From Octopus sinensis (taxonomy: Eukaryota), in NCBI RefSeq assembly GCF_006345805.1, contig NC_043021.1:17484001-17548000 (forward strand): a stretch of DNA of 64,000 bases. The letters run 5' to 3'. This document shows positions 26,918 to 38,770 of the stretch, one piece after another; position 1 is the stretch's first letter, and every line of letters begins with the position of its first letter. A program made the translations under genes and the position numbers. The notes beneath the pieces were generated by a model that was not told the origin of the DNA, ran no database searches, and saw nothing but the letters and a program-made list of their open reading frames with translations.

Positions 26918-27028
26918 GTCTCTATATATCTACCTCTCTCTCTCTCTCTCTATTTATCTATCTATCTGTCTGTCTCTATATATCTACCTGTCTCTCTTTC
27001 TCTCTATCTATCTACCTATCTATCTATT

Positions 27029-27085
<57 letters not shown>

Positions 27086-27104
27086 GTCTGTCTCTATATA
27101 TCTA

Positions 27105-27146
<42 letters not shown>

Positions 27147-27162
27147 CCTATCTATCTATTTG

Positions 27163-27211
<49 letters not shown>

Positions 27212-27212
27212 T
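26495..27212. repeat. (TCTA)n/(TC)n compound array with ~190 bp higher-order period
   Basis: Block ctgtctctatatatctacct recurs repeatedly. Confidence 0.85.
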
Positions 27213-27714
27213 TGACTAACTGACCCACGAATATCTATCTCTCTTTCTCGCCCTACCTCTTTTACTTCTTTCTTCTTGTTTTCCCACTCTCTCTCGCTTA
27301 CACTTGCTCTCTTTCACACACACACACACACACACAACACACACACACACACACACACACTCTTTCCCTCCCACCTTGACTCTACGCTTATAATCTTCCC
27401 GTCCTTTTCCTATACTTTCCTTATCATCTAACTTCTCTATTGGTGACCATACTCTTACTTTCCCCCCTCTACATCATCACCTCGCCATTCTTACAACCAC
27501 CACCACCAGCACCATTCCTTATCTTTTATTCCTTTTTCTCTTATTTCCTCATTTTCTCTCTTCCTTTTTCTTTTTATCCTACTTTTTTCTTTCACCACAA
27601 ATATTTCTTTACGTCACCTTGCTTCTTTAACTAAAACACACACACACACACCTATCCATCTCTCTCTCTCTCTCTCTGTCTGTCTGCATGCATGTCTGTC
27701 TGTCTGTCTTCAAG

Positions 27715-28250
27715 TTTTTGTTTCAGTCATTTGATTGCGGCCATGCTGGGGCATCGTCTAATAAGGTCTTAGTCGAAGAAATCAACCCCAAATGTCTTTA
27801 TTTTTCAATCTATTTTGCCTGACCGCTAAGTTTACGGGGATGCGAACAAACCAGCACCGGTTGCCAAGCTGTGGTGGGAAACAAACACAAAGTCACATTT
27901 ACACAAGTTCTTGTTTCAGTCATTTGACTGCGGCCATGCTGGGGCATCGTCTAGTAAGGTCTTAGTCGAAGAAATCAACCCCAAATGTCTTTATTTTTTT
28001 AACGTCGGGTACTTCAATCTATTTTGCCTGACCGCTAAGTTTACGGGGATGCAAACAAACCAGCACCGGTTGCCAAAGTCACATTTACACACACACACAC
28101 ACACATTATATGCTTTCCGTTTCCGTCTACCTAATCCAGTCACGAAGCTTTGGCCAACATGAAGTTTATAGTTGAAGAAATTAACCCAAGGTGCCACGCA
28201 GTGAGACTGAACCCGGGACCTAGTGGTTGGGAAGCAAACCTCTTTTAATC
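27715..28250 (-). mobile_element. Diverged SINE family A with tandemly duplicated 3' half
   Basis: tgtttcagtcatttga..gcggccatgctggggcatcgtcta occurs at ~27719 and ~27912. Confidence 0.8.
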
Positions 28251-29431
28251 AGCAGAAATTACAAAACGACTAAAAGACCGAAAGTTTTGCTCTTGACTTC
28301 GGCCCTTCGTTCACTATTTTCAATTTCTATCGATGAAAACTTGCCGTCTGTCTGTCTGTCTGTCTGTGAGAGAAAGAGAGGCAGAAAGAAGGAAGACGTT
28401 AGAAGATACTGTGAGATACAGAGAAGGATTTGTGTGTGTGCGCATGCGTATGTATGTAAGTATGCGTGCGCATGCGTATGTATGTAAGTATGCGTGCGCA
28501 TGCGTATGTATGTAAGTATGCATCTGTGTTTTTTCAGTTTTATTTCACGATTTCTTGCCAATAGAGAAAGAGTTGGTTTCTAAGCTAGATTCAGGGCTCC
28601 TTCAACATCAACAGGGCATTTGTACCTGTTTTTTTGTGTATGTGCAGATTTGTATGTTTTGCTTTATGTATTTTCATTGATGTAGTTGCATATCTAGACA
28701 TGTGCATATATATACTTAAATACTAAACTTCTGGAAAATTTCACAGATTCTTACAGTTCCAGTGATGGATTGGATCGGTAGTCTTCTAATCAGTTTTCTC
28801 CTTTCTAGTTTTGAGAAGCCTAATTTCTCAAGATTGGTATTTAGGACTGCCTATTACATATCCCAGGACCCCAATAATTATAGGTATAAACCTGAACTTC
28901 TAATTTGGGTAGAGTAACTGTAGATTCCTCAATAGTTCAGCATGGGTGTTCTCTTTTCCACTGATCTTCAGCTTTGTTAACATCCACTGGGAATTTCCAC
29001 AAGTGTACACAGTTTCTCTTCTCGATCCCAAATTACTATGTCAGGCCTATTATGCATACATTTTATTGAGATTTTCACTGAGACGTTCTACCAGTACTCC
29101 TCATTATGAGTGGCCACGGCCTCTACCATACTGTGTGTTCTTAATTCTTTGTCCTCGGGATAATCCTTTCGACGGATCTCATTAATCAGTACCTGGCTAC
29201 ATCATGTCTCATCCGTAGATAATACAGTGACGACATTTTCGGATAATTGCTTATGATGTGGGTGATATCTTCAGTGTTAACTCCACAAAGTCTGCATCGG
29301 TTGTCACATTTTGCTGCTTTTCCTGCATCTCAATCCCTTTTGTGCATCAGGTATTTGGTTGATATTTCCCGTTCCTGGATTGCAAACGCATACTCTTCAA
29401 AGTAGGGGTTAGTAATCCGGTTGTTGGCCCA

Positions 29432-29653
29432 GGTAGTGAGCTGCAGAATCGTTAGCACGCCGGGCGAATGCTTAGTGTATTTCGTCTGTCGTACGTTCTG
29501 GCTCAAATTCCGCCAAGTCGACTTTGCCTTCATCCTTTCGGGGTCGATTAAATAAGTACCAGTACGCACTGGGGTCGATATATTTGACTTAATCCGTTTG
29601 TCTGTCCTTGTTATCCCTCTGTGTTTAGCCCCTTGTGTGATAGCAAAGAAATA
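29432..29653 (+). mobile_element. SINE family B (Nin-domain-like, tail type 1)
   Basis: gtcgactttgccttcatcctttcggggtcgat..agtaccag core; TSD ggttgttggccca (29419-29431, 29654-29666). Confidence 0.88.
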
Positions 29654-29944
29654 GGTTGTTGGCCCATGATAAACTGCTTTGCTGATCAATGTTACTATCA
29701 TCCCGGAGCTTTTTGCTAACATATCCATGCATGGTTTTCTGCTCATATACGCTCATCCTTTCATCTGATGATACGTTGCGGTAGAATCGTGCGACTCCTT
29801 TGGACATGTATTTAAGGTTACCAGACAAGGAATGCTGTTCAAGGAGCTACTTCCCAAGTTTTATGATATTCCAGCCAGCCTCAAGTATGCCAACTTGGTC
29901 AAAGGATGCACTTCGACGCTTGATGGTTAAAATACGCTGCCAAA

Positions 29945-30118
29945 GGGCATGAGTGGCTGTGTGGTAAGTAGCTTGCCTACCAACCACATGGTTCTGGGTT
30001 CAGTCTCACTGCGTGGCACCTTGGGCGTCTTCTACTACAGCCTCGGACCGACCAAAGCCTTGTGAGTGGATTTGATAGACGGAAACTGAAAGAAGCCCAT
30101 CGTATATATGTATGTATG

Positions 30119-30158
<40 letters not shown>

Positions 30159-30180
30159 TATAGATATATATATTATATAT

Positions 30181-30216
<36 letters not shown>

Positions 30217-30227
30217 ATATATAATAG

Positions 30228-30269
<42 letters not shown>

Positions 30270-30377
30270 GATATATATATATATATATATAATTAGAGAT
30301 AAAACCACTATTGGGCAAATTGGATTTAATCCTATCTAATTTTTCTCTGTAAGTTTGGATTTACTCCCTAAATTCTT

Positions 30378-30445
<68 letters not shown>

Positions 30446-30680
30446 GTGTGTGTGTGTAGTTGTGTGTATATGTTTGTGTCTGTGTTTGTCCCTCAACATC
30501 GCTTGACAACCGATGCTGGTGTGTTTACGTCCCCGTAACGTAGCGGTTCTGCAAAAGAGACCGATAGAATAAGTACTGGTCTTACAAAGAATAATTCCTG
30601 GGGTAGATTTCTTCGACTAAAGGCGGTGCTCCAGTATGGCCACAGTCAAATGACTGAAGCAAGTAAAAGAGAGTAAAAGT
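29945..30680 (+). mobile_element. SINE family A with expanded internal (TA)n/(TTC)n/(TTA)n
   Basis: Head at ~29950-30100, tail at 30470-30680. Confidence 0.88.
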
Positions 30681-31074
30681 GACACGACACGACATTTAAA
30701 GGTAGTCTGGGTCGATGTTAAGCCTCTACCGTTTTGTCTTCGTTTTAGGTAGAGGTGATCTACATCACAGGTGAGGTGGAAATTATGCATGCTCGTTAGT
30801 ATCTTCCGGGTTTTCCCCTCAATGGTTCAGATCTCACCAAACGTCCAATTAAGTACCCCCAAATGCTGGTACGGCCAACACATGGTACGCCACTGCTTTC
30901 TTGAATGCAGCGAGTTCCGAGGTACATATTTTCTTTATCCGGTTGTAATATTCATAAGTGGCACGTGCCTTGTCACAGGTACCATCGTAAGATAGATATT
31001 TTTTCACCTACTTCCAGGTACCTGTAACATTCTTCATCAGGAAGGGAGCTATTTGATTACATCAACCAGAGTAT

Positions 31075-31839
31075 TCATTTTATCGACTCCGAAAGGATAA
31101 AAAGCGAAGTCGACCACGGCGCAATTTGAACCAAGAACGTAAAGCATTATACCCGGCGCTAAAACGATTCTGCCAGCTCGCCGCCTTAACAGCAACAACA
31201 ACAAAAAAAAAAACAACAGCAACAACAATAATAATCCTTTCTACTGGAAGCACAAGACCTCATATTTGAGGGTAGGGATTAAGTCAATTACATCGACCCC
31301 AGTGCGCAACTGGTCCTTATTTAATCAACCCTGAACGGTTGAAAGGAAACGTCGACCTCGGCGGAATTTGAACTCAGAACGCAGCGACAGACGAAATACC
31401 GCTAAGCATTTCGCCCGGCGCGCTAACGATTCTTTTCTTTTCTTTTCTACTCTAGGCACAAGGCCTGAAATTTGGGGGGAAGGGTTAAGTCGATTACATC
31501 GACCCCCAGTATTCAACTGGTACTTAATTTATCGACCCCGAAAGGATGAAAGGCAAAGTCGACCTCGGCGGAATTTGAACTCACAACGTAATGGCAGACG
31601 AAATACCTATTTCTTTACTACCCACAAGGGGCTAAACACAGTGGGGACAAACAAGGACAGACACACGGATTAAATCGATATTATCGACCCCAGTGCGTAA
31701 CTGGTACTTATTTAATCGACCCCGAAAGGATGAAAGGCAAAGTCGACCTCGGCGGAATTTAAACTCAGAACGTAGCAGCAAACGAAATACCGCTAAGCAT
31801 TTCGCCCGGCGTGCTAACGTTTCTGCCAGCTCGCCGCCC

Positions 31840-31840
<1 letters not shown>
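31075..31840 (-). mobile_element. Chain of about four family B SINEs and fragments
   Basis: Repeated cgaccccgaaaggatgaaaggcaaagtcgacctcggcggaatttgaactc cores with two tail types. Confidence 0.88.
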
Positions 31841-31909
<69 letters not shown>

Positions 31910-32509
31910 AAGAGAAGAAGAAGAAGAAGAAGAATGTTGGTAACTAGGGCAACATTAATGTTCTTCGTATTTTTAAGAGGGTAAGGTGTTTTTAATTTGC
32001 GAGAGATTTCATTTGCTGCTGTTTCTAGCAAGTTTGGGCAATCAACCAGTTTGTGTCGCTGGTGTTGTCTGGTCAAAAGCATGTCAGTGAAACGAGGTCA
32101 TTAATTATGTTAATGAAGCCAATCAAGATATAATCGTTACACTGAAAGATTCTAATTAAATTGTCAGTGTGATGTAAGTGACCAGAAGATGAAGAGAAGA
32201 ACACACAGCGGTTTGGATTTTCACATTCCGATTCCGTCTTGGATTTCCTCGTCTTTCGATGACAAATTTATTCTTCAAGACTTTCTCCATGGCAACGATA
32301 TGGCAAATTGTATGGGTTCTTGGTCTGAGAAAGTGAGAGAGAGAGAGAGAGGGGGCGAGGATGACCTTGATGAAACGTGTCTGAAAACTATGGAAGGGTA
32401 GAAATGCTTAAACTCATGTTTTCTTTTTCGTTCCCGGCTCAAGAATCCAGTTCAGGTCGTCTTTGCTTTTCTTCCATTTTTGTGGATTTAACAGAGAATA
32501 TCTTACAAC

Positions 32510-32780
32510 GTTTACCTTTTTACTCGTTTCAATCGTTAGACTGTGGCCATGCTGGGGCACCGCCTTAAAGAATTTATTTGTCGAATGAAACGACCCCAGG
32601 ACGTACTTTTTTTTAAAGCTTGGTACTTACTTGTTCTATCGGTTTCCTTTTGCCGAACCGCTATTTTTACAGGAACGTAAACACAACAACACCAGTGGTC
32701 AAGCGGTAGGGATGGACAAACACAGACACAAAGACGCAAAGACACGCACACACACACACACATACACACACACACACGCA

Positions 32781-32828
<48 letters not shown>

Positions 32829-32998
32829 TCATACGACGGGCTTCTTTGAGTTTCCGTCTACCAAATCTACCCACAAGGCTTTGGTCAGCCCGAGGCTATA
32901 GTATAAGATACTTGTCCATGGTGCTACGCAGTGGGCTTGAACACGGAACCATGTGGTTGGGAAGCAAACTTCTTACCATACAGCCACGCCCGCCCCTA
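32510..32998 (-). mobile_element. SINE family A, diverged
   Basis: Head, CORE-like block and tail all recognisable. Confidence 0.85.
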
Positions 32999-33516
32999 TA
33001 GCTCGATAAAGGTAAGTACCGGTCGCTTGTGGTATCCTAGGATTCCGAAGTGGGACCGGGAGGGAACGATCGTTGGTGACTGGAAACTGAGGTAATCAGT
33101 TCAAACGGGTGCACCCCCGAAATTTGTCGGATATTTGTCCTCATTCCCAACGTGGCTCCCTCTCATTGTAAAACTGTGGTCACTGTTATTATGTCTGACC
33201 GTTTGACCGACGGCTTCAAGTTACCATCTTGTATACACTCTGAAACAGTGGTTCTCAGACGGGGTCCGTACGGCCCCTGAGGGTTCCTATAAGGTTTTGG
33301 CGGGGTCCACACACAAGAAAATAGTAAATTAGGGTCCCACAATAGTATTTTAAGGGGCCCTGAAAATATTTGGTTTTAGATGTATGTATTGGTAATTATT
33401 GCAAGCAACAGCCGGGTTTCTTTCTCTAACATTTTACAGAGTTCAACCTACACAAGTTAATGGGCGAAAAACATAAGAATTTTGAAAGAAGTTACTATAA
33501 AACTAATTTTCAAACA

Positions 33517-33676
33517 CAGTTCTATATTTAAGAGATGAGGACTATTTACATTTGACGGATATTTGTCTTCATTTTGTTTGTTAACACAAACGTTTCGGCT
33601 GATGTACTTTCCAGCCTTCATCAGGTGTCTAGGGGAAATTTCGAACCTGGGTTCTCGTTCCTAAGGTAGTTTTCGA

Positions 33677-33720
<44 letters not shown>

Positions 33721-33798
33721 TCACTGCTTGGAATCGAACTCGGAATCTTGGGGTTAGTAGCCCGCGCTCTTAACCACTACGCCATATGCTCGTGGGCA
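33517..33798 (-). mobile_element. SINE family E: tRNA-like head + (AAT)n + hammerhead-containing body
   Basis: Head tggcgtagtggttaagagcgcgggctactaaccccaagattccgagttcgattcc (A box, anticodon-like loop CTACTAA, B box). Same order at 49821-50124. Confidence 0.85.
33583..33629 (-). ncRNA. Hammerhead motif, family H1 (extra U near the cleavage site)
   Basis: gacac-CTGATGA-a-ggctg-gaaagtacat-cagcc-GAA-ACGT-TT-gtgtt. Confidence 0.75.
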
Positions 33799-33876
33799 TA
33801 ATAATAATAATAATAATAATAATAACATCGAAAAATACCTTAGGAATGAGAAGCCAGGTTCGAAATTTCCCCCCAA

Positions 33877-33922
33877 GACACCTGATGAAGGCTGGAGGGT
33901 ATATCAGCCGAAACGTTGTGTT
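33877..33922 (+). ncRNA. Minimal type-I hammerhead motif, family H1
   Basis: gacac-CTGATGA-a-ggctg-gagggtatat-cagcc-GAA-ACGT-T-gtgtt. Confidence 0.85.
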
Positions 33923-34196
33923 AACAACAAACAAGATGAGGACAAATATCCGTCAAATGTAAATAGTGTAAATAATGTACATAATTCCTCATCTCTTAAA
34001 TATAGAACGGTGTTTAAAAATTAGTTTTATAGTAACTTCTTTCAAAATTCTTATGTTTTTCACACATTCCCTTGTGTAGGTTGAACTCTGTAAAATATCA
34101 GTGAAAGAAACCTGGCTGTTTTTTGCAATAATTACCAATACATACATCAAAACCAAAATATTTTCAGGGACCCTTAAAATACTATTAAAATACCAA

Positions 34197-34242
34197 GACA
34201 CCTGATGAAGGCTGGAGGGTATATCAGCCGAAACGTTGCGTT
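34197..34242 (+). ncRNA. Hammerhead motif, family H1
   Basis: Same as the 33877 copy with one helix I mismatch (gcgtt). Confidence 0.8.
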
Positions 34243-34718
34243 AACAACAAACACGATGAGGACAAATATCCGTCAAATGTAAATAATGTAGTTTTTAAAA
34301 ATCGAATGGCTAGAAGGGTCCACCAGAAGAAAATAGTAATCAAAGGAGTCCATAGATATAAAAAAAATGGTTGAGAAACTCTGCACTAAAAGAAAAACCA
34401 GGCCAGGAGTGCAGTTTCTTCACTGGCGTTTATTTCCGAATGCATGAAAAAGGGTTGGATTGACGAGGTTTTAAGAATGTTGTCTTGTAAGCGTTTATGC
34501 AGGAAAGCCAGGATGACATCATCGCGTGGAAAGAGGAAAGGAGTGGGGGAAAAAACTATTGCAGCAGATGAGACACAACAACCGACCTTTGACACGATGA
34601 CGCATGTATGACGTCAGCTGAACGTTTCGTCCAGTCGCTGGAAGAGGAGTGTGACAAGGAATGCGAAAGGCCTTAAGCTACATATATGTTACACCTGTAT
34701 TTATTAATTGTTCAGTTG

Positions 34719-35230
34719 TGGAGGCGCAATGGCCCAGTGGTTAGGGCAGCGGACTCGCGGTCATATGATTGCGGTTTCGATTCCCAGACCGGGCGTTGCG
34801 AGTGTTTATTGAGCGAAAACACCTAAAAAGCTCCACGAGGCTCCGGCAGAGGATGGTGGTGATCCAGTGGTTAGGGCAGCGGAATTGCGGTCATAGGATC
34901 GCGGTTTCGATTCCCAGACCGGGCGTTGTGAGTGTTTATTGAGCGAAAACACCTAAAAAGCTCCACGAGGCTCCGGCAGGAGATGGTGGTGATCCCTCTT
35001 TCACCACAACTTTCTCTCACTCTTACTTCCTGTTTCTGTTGTACCTGTATTTCAAGGGGCCGGCCTTGTCATTCTCTGTGTCACGCTGAATATCCCCGAG
35101 AACTACGTTAAGGGTGCACGTGTCTGTGGAGTGCTCAGCCACTTACACGTTAATTTCACGAGCAGGCTGTTCCGTTGATTCGGATCAACCGGAACCCTCA
35201 TCGTCGTAACCGACGGAGTGCTTCCATCCC
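34719..35230 (+). mobile_element. SINE family C with 130-bp tandem duplication of the head
   Basis: ccagtggttagggc at 34734 and 34864; TSD aattgttcagttg (34706-34718, 35231-35243). Confidence 0.9.
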
Positions 35231-35469
35231 AATTGTTCAGTTGGAGTTATTATTTTAAGACAGATTTAAGAATAAAAACGGAACGGTTACTCGTGAGGTG
35301 TGGGGTTCAATACTAAGGGTTACGGTTTAGGTTAGGATTAAATTTATGGTAAAGTACATGTTGATTGGGACTTCGCAGTATATCTGTATTTAGATTAGTG
35401 TTTCTGCAATGGTCTGGTTATGTTGTGATAATTGTAAATGTTTTTTTCTCTACCTGAATAATATTGTTG

Positions 35470-36390
35470 CTAAATAATTGCTTTCAAATTTTGGCACAAG
35501 GCCAGCAATTTCTGGAGAGGGGATAAATCGATTACATCGACCCCAGTGTTCCCTCCCCCCCCAAAGGAATTTGAACTCAGAACAAGAAGACAGACGAAAA
35601 GCCGCTTAACATTTCGCCCGACGTGCTACCGATTCTGCCAACTCCCCACTTTATTGTCACTGAATATTGATTTCAAATTTTGGCACAAGGCCAGCAATTT
35701 CGTGGGTGGGGCTAAGTCGATTACATTGACCTTTGAGTTCTAATGGTACTTATTTTATCAACCCCGGCAGTCGACCCCCGGCGGAATTTGAACTCACAAC
35801 GTCAAGACGGACGAAATACCGCCAAACATTTTGTCCGGCATGCTAACGATTTCGTCAGCTCACAGCCTTATTGTCAATAAATACAAAAACTGTATTTCCT
35901 TACTATGGGGTCTTTTTGTAAAAAGGAAAAAAAAAAGAAAGATCAATGTAGGTGTAGGGGACACATTGCTGCCTAATACCTATTTCTTTATTACCCACAA
36001 GGGGCTAAACACAGAGGGGACAAACAAGGACAGTCAAACGGATTAAGTCGATTATATCGACCCCAGTGTGTGACTGGTACTTAATTTATCGACCCCGAAA
36101 GGATGAAAGGCAAATCGACCTTGGTGGAATTTGAACTGAGAACGTAACAGCAGACAGAATACCTATTTCTTTATTACCCACAAGGGGCTAAACACAGGGG
36201 ACAATCAAGGACAGACAAACGGATTAAGTCGATTATATCGATCCCAGTGCGTAACTGGTACTTAATTTATCGACCCCGAAAGGATGAAAGGCAAAGTCGA
36301 CCTCGGCGGAATTTGAACTCAGAATGTAACGGCAGACGAAATACCGCTAAGGGTTTTGCCCGGCGTGCTATCGTTTCTGCCAGCTCTACC
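35470..36390 (-). mobile_element. Chain of family B SINEs and fragments
   Basis: Repeated Nin-like cores; type-2 tail aaattttggcacaaggccagcaattt and type-1 tail. Confidence 0.85.
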
Positions 36391-36724
36391 TAATACCATG
36401 TAACATAGCTCCCTCAAACGTACCCTTTGATTAGGGGGTAGAAATAATTACCTATTATACATGAGGTTGTACACAAACCCCAGATTTCAAAATGAAGCAA
36501 TACATATACATTAGCTTTTCCCATTTTCTTGCTTTAGTCATTGGACTGCGGCCATACTGGAGCACCACCTTGAAGAGTTTAGTCTTACAGATCGAGCCCA
36601 CTTCTTATTTGTTGTACTTATTCTGTTGGTCTTCTACTTTAGTCTCGGGTGACCATAGCCTTGTGAGTGGATTTGATAGACGGAAACAGAAAGAAGGATT
36701 AGTTATTTTTAATAAAAAATAACT

Positions 36725-37133
36725 TGTTTACTCTTTACTCTTTTACTCTTTTACTTGTTTCAGTCATTTGACTGCGGCCATGCTGGAGCACCGCCTTTAG
36801 TCGAGCAAATCGACCCCGGGACTTATTCTTTGTAAGCCAGTACTTATTCTATCGGTCTCTTTTGCCGAACCGCTAAGTGACGGGAACGTAAACACACCAG
36901 CATCGGTTGTCAAGCAATGCTAGGGGGACAACACAAAACACCACACATACTATATATAATACATATATACGACGGGCTTCTTTCAGTTTCCGTCTACCAA
37001 ATCCACTCACAAGGCATTGGTCGGCCCGGGGCTATAGTAGAAGACACTTGCCCAAGATGCCACGCAGTGGGACCGAACCCGGTACCATGTGGTTGGTTAG
37101 CAAGCTACTTACCACACAGCCACTCCTGCGCCT
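36725..37133 (-). mobile_element. SINE family A, near consensus
   Basis: Complete head aggcgcaggagtggctgtgtgg through to the (TAAAAGAG)n tail. Confidence 0.92.
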
Positions 37134-37139
37134 AAGTTT

Positions 37140-37745
37140 TATTATAATCTTCTTCGAAATAGTCACCTTGCACAGCACTACACCAGTCCCAGCGTTCCTG
37201 CCACTTTTGGAATTCTGTCTGGCAGTATCTTTTCGTATGTGTGTCGAAGACCTGCGATAAGGACTGAATCGCGACGACGACGCCGAGGTGATCTCATTCT
37301 CGCTCACAACATCATAAGCGGAAAGTGTAACCTCTCGAAAGAGCTGTTCTTCACTTCTGCTCCAGAGCGTCGGCTGCGGGGTCACTCCGAAAAGCTCTAT
37401 CTGCGACGATTTCATCTCAATCGAAGGAGAGGGGGTTTCTCCGTCCGGGTTGCGGATCCGTGGAATAAGCTGCCGGACGAGATCGTGAAGATGCCGACGA
37501 CTGCTCGGTTCAAAGTCTCTCTTGACCAGAAATGGCCTGAACTCTTTGCATGAACACCCTCCCTGTACATAACTCCATGTCCCCCTACATGGCCTTGCTT
37601 TTTGCTTTTTTGAGCCAAAAAATTAACTTAACTTAATTAAAACGGCGACCTTTGAGCTGCATTTTCATCTTGGGGAAGAGAAGGAAGTCGGCAGATGCTA
37701 ACTCTGGCAAATAGGTCATGTGCGGAAGTAATACCACGTTGCTTT
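37140..37745 (-). pseudogene. Tc1/mariner transposase C-terminal remnant, interrupted by CR1
   Basis: PHMTYLPELASADFLLFPKMKMQLKGRRF (degenerate YSPDLAP.D) joins to SQVFDTHTKRYCQTEFQKWQERWDWCSAVQGDYFEED. Confidence 0.82.
37273..37634 (+). mobile_element. CR1-clade LINE 3' fragment
   Basis: RRRRGDLI..RGHSEKL..RRGGFSVRVADPWNKLP..FKVSLD*, short UTR, (TTAAC)n tail. Confidence 0.88.
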
Positions 37746-38114
37746 TGGCGAGGAACTCCCGAGTGAAGAGGATGAAAGGCAAAGCTGACCTCGGCGGAAT
37801 TTGAACTTGGAACGTGAAGACAGAAGAAATACTGCCAAGCATTTGACCCAGTGTGCTAACGATTCTGCCAGCTTGCCATTTTTATAATGATAATAATAAT
37901 AACAATAATAATAATAATGATGATGATGATGATGATGATGATGTGATGATGATGATGATGATGATAATTTCAAACTTTTTCCACAAGGGTAGCTTGGGGG
38001 AGGAGATTAAAGGATAAAAAGCAAAGTCGACCTGGGCGGTTAAAGTTAGATATATTGACATCATGATTGAAGAATTGAAGAATTTCTTCAAAACATCATC
38101 TCCACTTCCGGTTT

Positions 38115-38609
38115 TCTTTTACTTGTTTCAGTCATGAGACTGCGGCCATGCTGGGGCACCGCCTTGAGGAATTTTTAGTCGTATGAATCGACCCCACTAC
38201 ATATCGGTTTTTTTTTTTTAAAGCCTGGTATTTATTCTATCGGTTTACTTTTGCTGAGCCGCTAGTTTACAGTGACGTAAACACACCAACACCGGTTGTC
38301 AATTAAGGCGGCGAGCTGGCAGAAATGTTAGCACGCCGGGCGAAATGCGTAGCCGTATTTCGTCTGCCGTTACGTTCTGAGTTCAAATTCCGCCGAGGTC
38401 GACTTTGCCTTTCATCCCTTTCGGGGGTCGATAAATTAAGTACCAGTTACGCACTGGGGTCGATATAATCGACTTAATCCGTCTGTCTGTCCTTGTTTGT
38501 CTCCTCTGTGTTTAGCCCCGTGTGGGTAGTAAAGAAATAGGTTGTCAAGCCGGGAGGTGGGGGACAAACACGCACACGCACACACACACACACACACACA
38601 CACGCACCG

Positions 38610-38647
<38 letters not shown>

Positions 38648-38770
38648 AGACGGGCTTTTTTTCAGTTTCCGACTACCAAATCCACTGATAAGGCTTACCC
38701 AAGGTGACACGCAGTGGGACCGAACCTGGAACCATGTGGTTGGGAAGCAAGCTACTTACCACACAGCCAC
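38115..38770 (-). mobile_element. SINE family A carrying a nested family B SINE
   Basis: Family A tail at 38115-38302 and head side at 38540-38770. Confidence 0.85.
38303..38539 (+). mobile_element. SINE family B, full length
   Basis: TSD ggttgtcaa (38294-38302, 38540-38548). Confidence 0.9.

Larger units (their letters stand above)
28515..31030 (-). mobile_element. R4/Dong-type (restriction-like endonuclease) LINE remnant, interrupted by SINEs
   Basis: Minus-strand motifs in order: KTRKILT..FH..DVDHLYL.R..GRGL (~30720-30830), QKTMHGY, AIQEREISTKYL, CRLC..EDITH, HNRPDIVIWDREEKLCTLVEI (~29000-29053), IPIIIGVLG, 3'UTR. Contains stops and frameshifts. Confidence 0.85.
33246..34383. mobile_element. 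hAT(Charlie)-like MITE disrupted by a family E cluster
   Basis: Termini cagtggttctca / tgagaaactctg; 8-bp flanks ctctgaaa / cactaaaa match 6 of 8. Confidence 0.6.

Noticed and set aside
33716-33798. Functional tRNA gene (also the heads of SINE families A-D)
   Set aside because: No complete acceptor stem, imperfect arms, and direct continuity with repeat bodies; these are SINE heads.
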